DNA of 38,623 nt. It comes from a virus. Taxonomy: Duplodnaviria; Caudoviricetes. Where the stretch lies: the IMG/VR virus record IMGVR_UViG_3300036985_002742, positions 1 to 38,623 of that record. One strand, written 5' to 3'. Shown here piece by piece: positions 27,035-34,636 of this stretch; positions within the stretch are counted from its first letter, which is position 1; every line of letters begins with the position of its first letter. A model generated the notes under the pieces. The model searched no databases. It worked only from the letters and a program-made list of their open reading frames with translations, and was not told the origin of the DNA. The position numbers and the translations under genes were made by a program.

Positions 27035-27504
27035 TGGCCACGAACACCCGACGCCTTGGCGCTGCGGCCGCGATCGCAACACTGATCGCCATCCCCGCTG
27101 AGGGTATCAGGCAGATCGCCTACTACGATCCGCCTGGCATCCTTACCGTCTGTTACGGCTCCACGACCAACGTCGTGAAAGGCCTGCGATACAGCCTCGA
27201 CGAGTGCCGTGCACGGCTGGACAAGGACATGATGGCTGCCATCGTGACCGTCGATCGCTGCGCACCAGGCCTGCCTGAGAACGCCTTGGCCGCGTTTGGG
27301 GACGCTGTCTACAACATGGGACCGACGATCGCCTGCAACCCTGCCAAGTCCACTGCTGCGCGCCTGCTGAAGGCCGGCGATGTGACGGGCGCATGCAATC
27401 AGCTTCCGCGCTGGGACAAGGCGAACGTGGCCGGCCTGATGGTCTCGCTGCCAGGTCTCACCAAGCGGAGAGCAAAGGAGCGTGACCTGTGTCTTGGCAA
27501 ATAA
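27034..27504 (+). CDS. Endolysin, GH24 lysozyme, probably SAR type
   Basis: E-x8-D-x5-T triad (EGIRQIAYYDPPGILT), ACNQLPRW, LPGLTKRRAKERDLCL; Ala-rich N-terminal anchor. Confidence 0.92.
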   Translation: MATNTRRLGAAAAIATLIAIPAEGIRQIAYYDPPGILTVCYGSTTNVVKGLRYSLDECRARLDKDMMAAIVTVDRCAPGLPENALAAFGDAVYNMGPTIACNPAKSTAARLLKAGDVTGACNQLPRWDKANVAGLMVSLPGLTKRRAKERDLCLGK

Positions 27505-27830
27505 AAATTATTGCAGCCATGCTTTTTGCGGCCGTCTGCTTTGGCGCCGGCTGGCGGGTGAAGGCGGCTTTTGTCGCTGAGCGCGATCTGGCCGTGGTCG
27601 AGGCCAAGCAGGAATTCATTGACGCCTACCGGAAAGAGGAAGGCAAGTCCGCTGCATTGTTCGAGGATAAATTGAAGGAGCTGAAAGCCAATGAAAAAAC
27701 GATTGAGTACGAGCGCATCAAGATTGTGGATCGCCCTGTTTATCGCAACGAGTGCCTCGATGACGACGGCCTGCACCTCATTGAAGGTGCAAGAACAGGC
27801 GGCGCCGATTCAGGAAAATCTTCTCGCTAG
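27489..27830 (+). CDS. Rz: i-spanin
   Basis: N-terminal TM, coiled coil, IVDRPVYRNECLDDDGL; AAGGAG RBS. Confidence 0.8.
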   Translation: MSWQIKIIAAMLFAAVCFGAGWRVKAAFVAERDLAVVEAKQEFIDAYRKEEGKSAALFEDKLKELKANEKTIEYERIKIVDRPVYRNECLDDDGLHLIEGARTGGADSGKSSR

Positions 27831-27966
27831 GTGCGAACCGCTGACGAAGCACGAAGGCAAGAATGGTTCAATGGTGTTGCTCACGCTAACGCGCTGGGCG
27901 ACAGAATATAACGAATGCGCTGCCAGGCATAACGGTCTGGTGGATGCGATCAAGGGAGGTTTATGA
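27691..27966 (+). CDS. Rz1: o-spanin lipoprotein overlapping Rz
   Basis: Frame-shifted overlap with Rz; signal peptide ending MTTAC; YNECAARHNGLV. Exact start uncertain. Confidence 0.75.
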   Translation: MKKRLSTSASRLWIALFIATSASMTTACTSLKVQEQAAPIQENLLARCEPLTKHEGKNGSMVLLTLTRWATEYNECAARHNGLVDAIKGGL

Positions 27967-28460
27967 CCACGACAGTACAGAAGGAAATGCAGGATAAATT
28001 ATCTGGCGATATCGTTCAGATTGTAAATACGCAGAGCGGGGCGCTTGGTTCAAGCGTTGTCGTCATCCCTTTGGATGACACGATCCCTCAGATCACGGAG
28101 GGAACCGAGTTCATCACCGCGACTATTACGCCAACCAACGCGTCCAATGTGCTGGACATCACGGTGGTGCTGAACCTGTCAAACAACACTGGCGTGACCA
28201 ACGTGGCCGCGCTGTTTCAGGATTCGACAGCGAATGCCCTATGCGCTAGCGCCAAGTCTAGTATGGGCGTGGCCAACGCCATGACGCAGGTGACGCTCAA
28301 GCACCGGATGACGGCCGGCACTACCAGCGCTACTACGTTCCGCGTGAGGGTTGGACCATCTGGAGCAGTGACTATGGGCATCAACGGGACGGCTGGCAGT
28401 GGCCGGTTTTTTGGCGGCGTGTACATTTCGTCCATCACCATCACAGAATTTAAGGCTTAA
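27963..28460 (+). CDS. Stand-alone beta-rich virion/fibre-tip-like protein
   Basis: GGGAGG RBS; GDIVQIVN...IPLDDTIPQITEG...TITPTNASN...SSITITE resembles fibre C-terminal domains. Confidence 0.6.
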   Translation: MTTTVQKEMQDKLSGDIVQIVNTQSGALGSSVVVIPLDDTIPQITEGTEFITATITPTNASNVLDITVVLNLSNNTGVTNVAALFQDSTANALCASAKSSMGVANAMTQVTLKHRMTAGTTSATTFRVRVGPSGAVTMGINGTAGSGRFFGGVYISSITITEFKA

Positions 28461-28462
28461 GG

Positions 28463-28546
28463 TTCTTAGTGTCCTCCACTAAGGGACAGCAGTCTGATGC
28501 CCTCACGGGTTGCCTGAATCGGACTCCCGAGCTTCTCCACTCGGGG
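28463..28546 (+). ncRNA. Candidate structured RNA in the late-operon 3' UTR
   Basis: Three stems in a row: CTTAGTG/CACTAAG (loop TCCTC), AGTCTGAT/ATCGGACT, CCCGAG/CTCGGG (loop CTTCTCCA). Confidence 0.45.
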
Positions 28547-28549
28547 ATT

Positions 28550-28575
28550 AGACCCACTTCGGTGGGTCTTTTTTT
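28550..28575 (+). terminator. Intrinsic terminator ending the late operon
   Basis: AGACCCAC-TTCG-GTGGGTCT followed by a T-run. Confidence 0.92.
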
Positions 28576-28586
28576 GTGACGTAATC

Positions 28587-28618
28587 CGTTGTGAATATCG
28601 CACCAGATGTAGTATGTT
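28587..28618 (+). promoter_or_regulatory. 19-bp operator and putative promoter
   Basis: CGTTGTGAATATCGCACCA (28587-28605); TTGTGA-18 bp-TATGTT (28613-28618), 6 nt before ATG 28625. Confidence 0.6.
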
Positions 28619-28624
28619 CACATC

Positions 28625-28912
28625 ATGAAAAAGCCACGCGACACCGTTCATCACTCCGAGACCTGGGTTTCGACCGTTGCCAGGATCGATGTCCCTCTCA
28701 ACTCCGTCGTGAATTTACGCCGCATCGCCGGTGAACTACGCGCCCTTGCAGAAAGACTCGACTTCATCAGCCGAGACACCGCGGACAGCGCCGACCTCCT
28801 GAGTGCGGCTGGCAGTGCAACACGGCATACTAACGCAAACCTACGTAAAATAAAGCGTGTTGGCAGACCTCGGAAGCTGGTGCATTCTCTTAGATGGGAA
28901 CGCAAGATCTAG
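28625..28912 (+). CDS. Basic hypothetical protein with an AT-hook-like motif
   Basis: 95 aa, KRVGRPRK; separate transcription unit between the two terminators. Confidence 0.6.
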   Translation: MKKPRDTVHHSETWVSTVARIDVPLNSVVNLRRIAGELRALAERLDFISRDTADSADLLSAAGSATRHTNANLRKIKRVGRPRKLVHSLRWERKI

Positions 28913-29074
28913 GGCGAATGCTTACGGGTGCCACAATGTTGCTTATGCGAATGGGATGTGAAGGCATCGGGTGTATCTCATTGTAACTCCTGCGGAATTC
29001 GTGGAATCTGCCTCGCCAAAAACCGCATTAAATCCCCACTAGATCTAGTATGCCTGCCCTCTCGATCGCCCATG

Positions 29075-29096
29075 AAAAACCCCGCCGCAGCGGGGT
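29075..29096 (-). terminator. Intrinsic terminator of the leftward operon
   Basis: On the minus strand, ACCCCGC-TGCG-GCGGGGT followed by TTTT. Confidence 0.82.
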
Positions 29097-29102
29097 GATG
29101 GA

Positions 29103-29279
29103 TCAGGCCTTTAACCGGCGCCGTTCGGCATTGGCCAGGCATTGCGCGCAGATCCAGCGTCGCGTTCGGCCCTCGTTCTCGATCAGGTACTGGCCACCGG
29201 CCGTAAGCGCATGGTCCTTGTGCTGGCTGCACCAACGCATCACTGGCTCGCCGTACTGACGCAGGATGGAGCGCTTCAA
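29103..29279 (-). CDS. 58-aa putative Zn-binding protein
   Basis: TTG start overlapping the upstream TGA; WCSQH...RRWICAQC. Confidence 0.55.
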   Translation of the reverse strand: MKRSILRQYGEPVMRWCSQHKDHALTAGGQYLIENEGRTRRWICAQCLANAERRRLKA

Positions 29280-29509
29280 GTGCCGCTCCGTTGCAGTATC
29301 AGCCCAGTGCCCCAGCCGCCGGCCTTACGACCGAGCCGGCCACCGACGCTGCTGCTCATTTTTGCTGGGAGCTGGACCAGGCCTTCGCGCTCGAGCCGGT
29401 CGAGCCGCAACGAACTGGTTGAAAGGCCGGTGATGATCTTGCTGCGCGTGATGCCAGGGAATGTCGCCACCATCGTGGTGACGGCTTCTGCCAGATCGTG
29501 ATCGGTCAT
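29276..29509 (-). CDS. Small wHTH-like protein
   Basis: FPGITRSKIITGLSTSSLRLDRLEREGLVQLP; coupled by 4-bp overlaps. Confidence 0.55.
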   Translation of the reverse strand: MTDHDLAEAVTTMVATFPGITRSKIITGLSTSSLRLDRLEREGLVQLPAKMSSSVGGRLGRKAGGWGTGLILQRSGT

Positions 29510-29721
29510 TGTCGTCTCTCCAGCAGCACCAAGGCATGGAAGGCCAGCATGGTGTAGCGATCGAGCGGGCTCAGCTTGGCGATGTCGGCGCGGGCCATCA
29601 CGGCCTTGACGGTCTCGTTGGTGTCGATCACGTCATTGATGGCGCGGCGCATACCCTTGGCCGTCATGATGGCCTTGAATTCGTCCTCGGTTGTTGGGGT
29701 TATTTTCTTCATAGTAGTCAT
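29506..29721 (-). CDS. Hypothetical protein
   Basis: AGGA RBS; part of the tightly coupled leftward operon. Confidence 0.6.
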   Translation of the reverse strand: MTTMKKITPTTEDEFKAIMTAKGMRRAINDVIDTNETVKAVMARADIAKLSPLDRYTMLAFHALVLLERRQ

Positions 29722-29727
29722 TATATC

Positions 29728-29910
29728 CTATTCCTCTTTGGTTAGTGTCTTGTGGATCGGGCATGTCACGTTGATCCAGTAGTGCGCCGCGTCGCCCTGC
29801 GGGCTGGTCTGGCCGCGGCCGTGGGCGTTGTCGTCGACCGGACAAAGGCAGCCATCGGCGAGCGCTTCCGTCGAGCCTGGCGGTGGCCATTTAATGAAGG
29901 ACTTCGTCAC
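29728..29910 (-). CDS. 60-aa Cys/His protein
   Basis: GTG start in a GTGA overlap; PPGSTEALADGCLCPVDDNAHGRG...CPIH. Confidence 0.62.
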   Translation of the reverse strand: MTKSFIKWPPPGSTEALADGCLCPVDDNAHGRGQTSPQGDAAHYWINVTCPIHKTLTKEE

Positions 29911-30077
29911 AGGTCGCTCTCCCTTCCGATCACGACGTGGGTCTCGTTGCCGCGACTGATCGCGACGGTGCAGCCCTTGGAGGACTGGACCTCCCGCCCA
30001 AGGTTCACGACGACGGCGGTATAGATGCCGCTGATGAAGCTGAACACGATCACTGCTATCCAGAACCGGTCCATCAT
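29907..30077 (-). CDS. 56-aa membrane-anchored protein
   Basis: MMDRFWIAVIVFSFISGIYTAVVVNLGR...; overlaps its neighbours by 4 bp; GAGGGG RBS. Confidence 0.58.
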   Translation of the reverse strand: MMDRFWIAVIVFSFISGIYTAVVVNLGREVQSSKGCTVAISRGNETHVVIGRESDL

Positions 30078-30361
30078 CGCACCCCCTCGATCTGTCCAAC
30101 CGAGTGCGCATAGTCCAGCGCGGACATCACGACGGCCTTCTGCTTGCGATCGATCACCTCGTCCAGATCGGTTTCAATCGATGCCCTGATCTCTTTCCAG
30201 GTGGATCCTCGTGGTCTGTCGATCGGCAGCGCAGGCGGAGCCGGCGGCGTAAACGCGCATCGACTTCCACTGCGCAAACTGATCCAAAGTCCAGCGGTAT
30301 AAAAACCAAACGTGATCACCAGGCCGACGCCAATGAGCAGTGCAAATATGTCGGTACTCAT
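30074..30361 (-). CDS. Membrane-anchored hypothetical protein
   Basis: ATG 30361 after GGGAGG; N-terminal TM. Confidence 0.6.
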   Translation of the reverse strand: MSTDIFALLIGVGLVITFGFYTAGLWISLRSGSRCAFTPPAPPALPIDRPRGSTWKEIRASIETDLDEVIDRKQKAVVMSALDYAHSVGQIEGVR

Positions 30362-30603
30362 ACGCCCTCCCCTTTTAGTAAAGCAGTGAAGCGATTGCAC
30401 TGCGTGGGAAAGCCGGCGTCATACTCAAGGCACATGCAATGATCGCCGCAAGGGTCTTGCATCATTTTCTTTTCAAGCAATCCAAACTTCAAAGCCTGTT
30501 CTTCTACATAATCGCCATCTAGGTCGCCAGTGTTGTAGTCCCCATTCGGGGCGATGATGGCCAATGCAAATTGGCGTAATGCTTCTTGTGTTTGTTTAGT
30601 CAT
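30358..30603 (-). CDS. Hypothetical Cys-containing protein
   Basis: GGAG RBS; GDLDG...PCGDHCMCLEY...FPTQCNR. Confidence 0.65.
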   Translation of the reverse strand: MTKQTQEALRQFALAIIAPNGDYNTGDLDGDYVEEQALKFGLLEKKMMQDPCGDHCMCLEYDAGFPTQCNRFTALLKGEGV

Positions 30604-30752
30604 TATCTAATCTCCAAGTAAATACAGCCGTAATACTTAAGCCGTTTCAAGCGCCAAATTTCTAGCAATGCACTGAATAGCGACTTAAATCCATCGTGGT
30701 ATTGCTTGCCTTCGCTAATGTGAAAGGTCTGAACCGTGTACTTAAATCCCAT
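30603..30752 (-). CDS. 49-aa hypothetical protein
   Basis: MGFKYTVQTFHISEGKQYHDGFKSLFSALLEIWRLKRLKYYGCIYLEIR; GGGAG RBS; TAATG coupling. Confidence 0.55.
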   Translation of the reverse strand: MGFKYTVQTFHISEGKQYHDGFKSLFSALLEIWRLKRLKYYGCIYLEIR

Positions 30753-30754
30753 TA

Positions 30755-31108
30755 TCAACTCCCTATTCCGTGTGCTTGTTCAATAGCGCGGGCTAGCTTC
30801 ATGATGCGCTTATTGAAAGCTACGGCATCCCCATAAGCCGTTATGTCAGCTTTACTCATTGCCTCAACAATGGCTTTCTCACTCAACGCCTCTCTTGCTG
30901 GTGCAGGATGGGTGTAGAGTGGGATTGAAAACTGTTTTTCATTTCTTGGTTTGCCATGCCACATAAAAGCATGACGCCTATCATCGTCATTAGGATTGCG
31001 CCACGCCACAGGTTCTTGTGATGGCTGTTCTAATGCTTCTTGTCGTTCGTATTTGCCGACGGAATCAAACCAGTCGTCGTCTCTTGTATTGTTAGTCTCT
31101 ATATTCAT
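30755..31108 (-). CDS. Hypothetical phage protein (EPVAW...PLYTHP family)
   Basis: QEPVAW, PLYTHP and ARAIEQAHGI motifs, common in proteobacterial phage early regions. Confidence 0.7.
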   Translation of the reverse strand: MNIETNNTRDDDWFDSVGKYERQEALEQPSQEPVAWRNPNDDDRRHAFMWHGKPRNEKQFSIPLYTHPAPAREALSEKAIVEAMSKADITAYGDAVAFNKRIMKLARAIEQAHGIGS

Positions 31109-31299
31109 ATACCCTCCCCTTTTGGATAATGCAGCCCTTCATTCCCGTTCGGTCCGATGATGTCCATGCGCGCCTCGTCCCAGTCGCGATCGACCGCGCC
31201 TTTCAGGGCAGCGTGCACGTCCTTGATCTTGGTGCCTCGGTATTCCACCAGGCTCCGGCTCATGTCGTCGATGACGCTCAGTGCTTCCTGGCTAGTCAT
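31105..31299 (-). CDS. Hypothetical protein
   Basis: AGGAG RBS; RMDIIGPNGNEGLHY motif. Confidence 0.62.
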   Translation of the reverse strand: MTSQEALSVIDDMSRSLVEYRGTKIKDVHAALKGAVDRDWDEARMDIIGPNGNEGLHYPKGEGI

Positions 31300-31483
31300 T
31301 GTTTCTCTCCTTCTCAAAATTCATGATGTCCTCGATGCGGTAGCGCACGGGCGCCTTCGGGCCACTGTGTAGTTTGAAGTACCGCGGCCCCCTGCCCTGC
31401 TGCCGCCAGTTCTCCAGCGTCCGCGGGTGCATGTGCCAGCGCTCGGCAAGCTGCTTCTGGTCTAGCGTGGTGATGTCGTTCAT
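31292..31483 (-). CDS. Xis/AlpA-like helix-turn-helix protein
   Basis: LAERWHMHPRTLENWRQQGRGPRYFKL...VRYRIEDI. Confidence 0.85.
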   Translation of the reverse strand: MNDITTLDQKQLAERWHMHPRTLENWRQQGRGPRYFKLHSGPKAPVRYRIEDIMNFEKERNND

Positions 31484-32286
31484 ACCGGTGCCTCCTCATC
31501 GACTGGAGCTGCTTCCTGTGGCGCTGGAGTGAGACGGGTTTTCTCCGTCTCGTATTCCGCCTTGAGCGTTGGACGCGCGTGCTCTGGGCAGGCTTTCCAT
31601 GCGGCCGAAAACACGTCCTTCAAGGCCTCGAGCGTGTCGCACTCACGCAGCGCGATGAAGTCGCCGCTCAGGTCATAGGGCGCCGGCTCGGTGACGATCT
31701 CGCCTTCGATGGCCTCCGGCTGCGCGTCAACGATCGACGCGAGGCGTGAGGACTTCTTGGCTGCTGCCGGCTGGGATGCTGGCGTCACGTCCTTGGGCTC
31801 GGCCTGCGTGGCCGGCAGATCCTCGATCTCCTCTGGCGTGTAGTAGCCAGCGACAACGCCAGGGAACACGGTGCGGATGCCTTCACTGACGCAGCGCGCA
31901 CGCAGCATCGAACGTGGATAGGCACTCCAGGTCGGGTTCTTGAGCAGCCCTGCCCGCTTGGCCATCTCGATCGACCAGGTGATCTCGACGCTACCGCCCT
32001 GCGGATGGGTGAAGGTGGCGGTTGCCTTTGCCTCGGTGAGCTCCTTCCACTTCACGGATCCGCCGGCGGTCTGGAAACGTGCCAGCATGGCGTCGGCTTT
32101 CAGGGTCGGACGGCCGCTGATGACGTGATAGTCACGCGCTGCGATCGCTGGATGCAGACCCTCGGCCTGTGCCACGCACATGAGGGCAAAGGCCTGATCG
32201 GAATTCTTGACGCCGAACAGTCCAGACTTGGCGATGGCTCCAGCCATGCGCTCGATGTCGTTGATGGGGATTAGTTGGTTGCTCAT
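31480..32286 (-). CDS. RecT/Red-beta-like single-strand annealing protein
   Basis: AKSGLFG, HVISGRPTLKADAM, W...YPRSMLRAR and YTPEE motifs; lies next to a YqaJ exonuclease. Confidence 0.8.
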   Translation of the reverse strand: MSNQLIPINDIERMAGAIAKSGLFGVKNSDQAFALMCVAQAEGLHPAIAARDYHVISGRPTLKADAMLARFQTAGGSVKWKELTEAKATATFTHPQGGSVEITWSIEMAKRAGLLKNPTWSAYPRSMLRARCVSEGIRTVFPGVVAGYYTPEEIEDLPATQAEPKDVTPASQPAAAKKSSRLASIVDAQPEAIEGEIVTEPAPYDLSGDFIALRECDTLEALKDVFSAAWKACPEHARPTLKAEYETEKTRLTPAPQEAAPVDEEAPV

Positions 32287-32462
32287 TATTTTTCTCCTAG
32301 AACGTGGACCGTCGTGCGGACCAACAAAAATTCGTCTCTGAATTCACGCTCGATGGCGTGTCTGACTTCCTTGCAGATCAGCTCTGATGATGGCGGCTTG
32401 CCATCTGATCGTTGGACGATGCTCATGCTGACGTTCACTTGGTAGGCTTTGAAGTCCTTCAT
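32286..32462 (-). CDS. 58-aa hypothetical protein
   Basis: MKDFKAYQVNVSMSIVQR...VLGEK; GAGGAG RBS; coupled at both ends. Confidence 0.6.
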   Translation of the reverse strand: MKDFKAYQVNVSMSIVQRSDGKPPSSELICKEVRHAIEREFRDEFLLVRTTVHVLGEK

Positions 32463-32653
32463 TTTATTTCTCCTCGTTTAACTTCGTTTAGTTCGTACTT
32501 GTCGACGTAATAGTTTTTGTCGGTGCTGCCGTACTCTGACAGCGCGTCATAGATCTCATTGGCTTTGATCTGATCATCGAACACGCCAATGATGCCGCTT
32601 TGTTTGGGCTCGTGCTGGCTCTCCCAGGTCACGACGTGAATGTTGTTGCTCAT
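32459..32653 (-). CDS. 64-aa hypothetical protein
   Basis: MSNNIHVVTWE...IIGVFDDQIKA; ATGA overlap with the exonuclease stop. Confidence 0.62.
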   Translation of the reverse strand: MSNNIHVVTWESQHEPKQSGIIGVFDDQIKANEIYDALSEYGSTDKNYYVDKYELNEVKRGEIK

Positions 32654-33633
32654 GCTGCCTTGTCCTTCTTCACGCTGACCTTGCACATACGATAACCCTT
32701 GCGGCCACCGATGATGGTGCCGACCATGTCGGCCGTGATGGTGGTGCCGGCGGTGTCCTTCACCAGTCCAGCGCTGAGCGAGTATTTTCCGGCCACGACT
32801 TTCTCGGCGTCTCCGATCAGCTCGAGCAGCTCGGCCTTCTTGGCGTCCTTCAGCTTGTCCATCGCTGTGCATTCGCTGCTGACGTGTTGGTAATCAATGA
32901 TCGCCTGTGCGATTTTCTCATCATCGCTGGCATCAATGAACGCACCTTCGCGGACGTTGGAATTCAGCGCGATGATCGTCTTGGCGTCTGCCGTGTAGTC
33001 CGGATCCGGTGGCGTGCCAGCCTCGATCGACTGCCAGAAGGCTGCTGCCTTGCTGATGATCAAGCCATGGATCTTATAGTCAGCCTCACGCTCGATCAGC
33101 ATGACACGGTTGCCGCCGATCAGAACGCCGATCTTGGCGGAGTGAATTCCAGACACGAGCATTTGGTGCTGGACCTGGAGCTCGATGTGCGGCGGCGCCT
33201 CAATGTTGTCGCCGTCGATGATCCAGCCATCCTTGAAGGCGAAGAAGTCGACGCACTTGATCTCGAGGATCGATTCATTGGAGAGCGCATCGTGAGCGAT
33301 AAAGTCGAATGAGCTGCCAAGCCTGAGCGCTGGCATGTTCATGTATTCCTTGAACGGTGTGGCTGTCCAGCCATTGTCCTCGCAGATGCCTTGGGCAACG
33401 ATCGCCTCAAGGCGACGGCCCCACTGCATGCGCTCATTGTCCTTGAAGTCGCTGGCTACGTTGCCGGCCTTGCGGTGCCAAAGCTCAAAGGCTGTCTGAT
33501 ACGGGCTGCAACCAAAAAGCGCCGCGATGTCGGTTGAGTTGAGGTTTTCCTCACGCATGGCGAGCCAGTGGGCTTCGCTCTCGGGCGTGATGGTGTTGCG
33601 GGTGTTTGGTACTGCGTCTCTGGTCCTGTCCAT
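32650..33633 (-). CDS. YqaJ/lambda-Exo-like exonuclease
   Basis: WLAMR...STDIAALFGCSPY, GRRLE, SSFD, LEIK and QVQHQM motifs; GGAGGA RBS supports ATG 33633. Confidence 0.92.
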   Translation of the reverse strand: MDRTRDAVPNTRNTITPESEAHWLAMREENLNSTDIAALFGCSPYQTAFELWHRKAGNVASDFKDNERMQWGRRLEAIVAQGICEDNGWTATPFKEYMNMPALRLGSSFDFIAHDALSNESILEIKCVDFFAFKDGWIIDGDNIEAPPHIELQVQHQMLVSGIHSAKIGVLIGGNRVMLIEREADYKIHGLIISKAAAFWQSIEAGTPPDPDYTADAKTIIALNSNVREGAFIDASDDEKIAQAIIDYQHVSSECTAMDKLKDAKKAELLELIGDAEKVVAGKYSLSAGLVKDTAGTTITADMVGTIIGGRKGYRMCKVSVKKDKAA

Positions 33634-33667
33634 AATGTCCTCCAAAATGTTGCCGACTCAATGTCGG

Positions 33668-33703
33668 TGTTTGGATTATCGCAACACTTCGGGAAGATGT
33701 CAA
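33668..33703 (-). promoter_or_regulatory. Strong leftward promoter with an operator over the -10
   Basis: Minus strand TTGACA-17 bp-GATAAT; operator TGTTGCGATAATCCAAACA (33686-33668). Confidence 0.82.
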
Positions 33704-33728
33704 GCGGTGTGATATAAAGTAATTGAAA

Positions 33729-34307
33729 TTAGGTCTCGATGTAGAGGATGGGCGCCGCCCACTGCACGTCAACGTCCGTCATCTGGGAGTTGGCGTTGAT
33801 CAGGTTATAGCGGCCGCGCTTGTAGCCACGGCGCAAGGTGCCGATCACTTGCACGCCATCGACCAGGCGGCATAGGCAGAATTTGCCAACGACCTCGGCC
33901 GAGACGTGGTCCACCGGCTTGGCGACGAACAGCAGCCAGCCATCCATATACTCCAGCGGCGATGAGCTGGTGCGGCACTGGATCGCAAACGATCCCAAGG
34001 CCATGGCGTGCGGAGCTGGGATGCGCTCGTCGCTTTCTTCGCTGTGCATTTCGCCGTGTCCGTCGACGAATCCCCGCAGCGGGACTGACTTTGCATCGGA
34101 CTGGATGCCGGCGTTCTCCATGACTTCGGCCACTGGCACGCCTAACAGGCGTGCGATGTCCGCGGCCTCCGCCATCTTCATGTTGCGCTTCCCCCTGAAG
34201 GCCAGGGAGAGGGCTGAATGGTCGACACCGATTTTCTTGGCCAGCTCGCGCTGGCTGATTCGCCGGTCTGCCATCAAGCTTTTGAACCAGTCGGTATTGA
34301 TCGTCAT
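33729..34307 (-). CDS. CI-like repressor (Xre HTH + degenerate S24-like domain)
   Basis: ISQRELAKKIGVDHSALSLAFRGKR HTH; C-terminal beta domain; divergent from a Cro-like gene. Confidence 0.85.
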   Translation of the reverse strand: MTINTDWFKSLMADRRISQRELAKKIGVDHSALSLAFRGKRNMKMAEAADIARLLGVPVAEVMENAGIQSDAKSVPLRGFVDGHGEMHSEESDERIPAPHAMALGSFAIQCRTSSSPLEYMDGWLLFVAKPVDHVSAEVVGKFCLCRLVDGVQVIGTLRRGYKRGRYNLINANSQMTDVDVQWAAPILYIET

Positions 34308-34353
34308 GGTGCTGTGATTACATCACCTTACGCCATGACGCAACAAATACCTG

Positions 34354-34387
34354 TTCAAATTCTCTCCATGTTGTGTTATTCTAAACA
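34354..34387 (+). promoter_or_regulatory. Rightward promoter with an operator over the -10
   Basis: TTCAAA-17 bp-TATTCT with a TG extension; TGTTGTGTTATTCTAAACA (34369-34387). Confidence 0.65.
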
Positions 34388-34417
34388 CTTTAATAGTCAA
34401 CCCATGAAAGAACATAT

Positions 34418-34636
34418 ATGTCAGCAGCAGAAAAAGTCATTCAAAAATTCGGCGGAGTCCGCGCCACCGCTCGAGCTCTGTGCATAAGTCCAGGCGCCGT
34501 CTCGCGCTGGCCAAAGCCAAGAGAAGCCGGAGGCTGTGACGGAGAAATACCTACACGGAATCATAAAAAGATTCTGATCGCAGCGCGGGAGTTGCAGATC
34601 GACATCAGTCCGGCGGAGCTTATTTGTGGACACTAG
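34418..34636 (+). CDS. Cro-like HTH protein
   Basis: VIQKFGGVRATARALCISPGAVSRW...GEIP; divergent from the repressor. Confidence 0.82.
   Translation: MSAAEKVIQKFGGVRATARALCISPGAVSRWPKPREAGGCDGEIPTRNHKKILIAARELQIDISPAELICGH

Noticed and set aside
27063-27081. Extra operator copies (also near 7586, 9387, 27732, 33705 and 34310)
   Set aside because: Only one half-site matches, so chance occurrence cannot be excluded without a PWM scan.
23804-28460. Diversity-generating retroelement, expected from the BPP-1-like layout
   Set aside because: No reverse transcriptase or Avd ORF, and I saw no TR/VR pair differing at adenines. A self-dotplot would confirm.
28461-28550. tRNA or attP-associated tRNA fragment
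   Set aside because: The stems are consecutive rather than a cloverleaf closed by an acceptor stem; no TTCRA T-loop in the right context and no CCA end.
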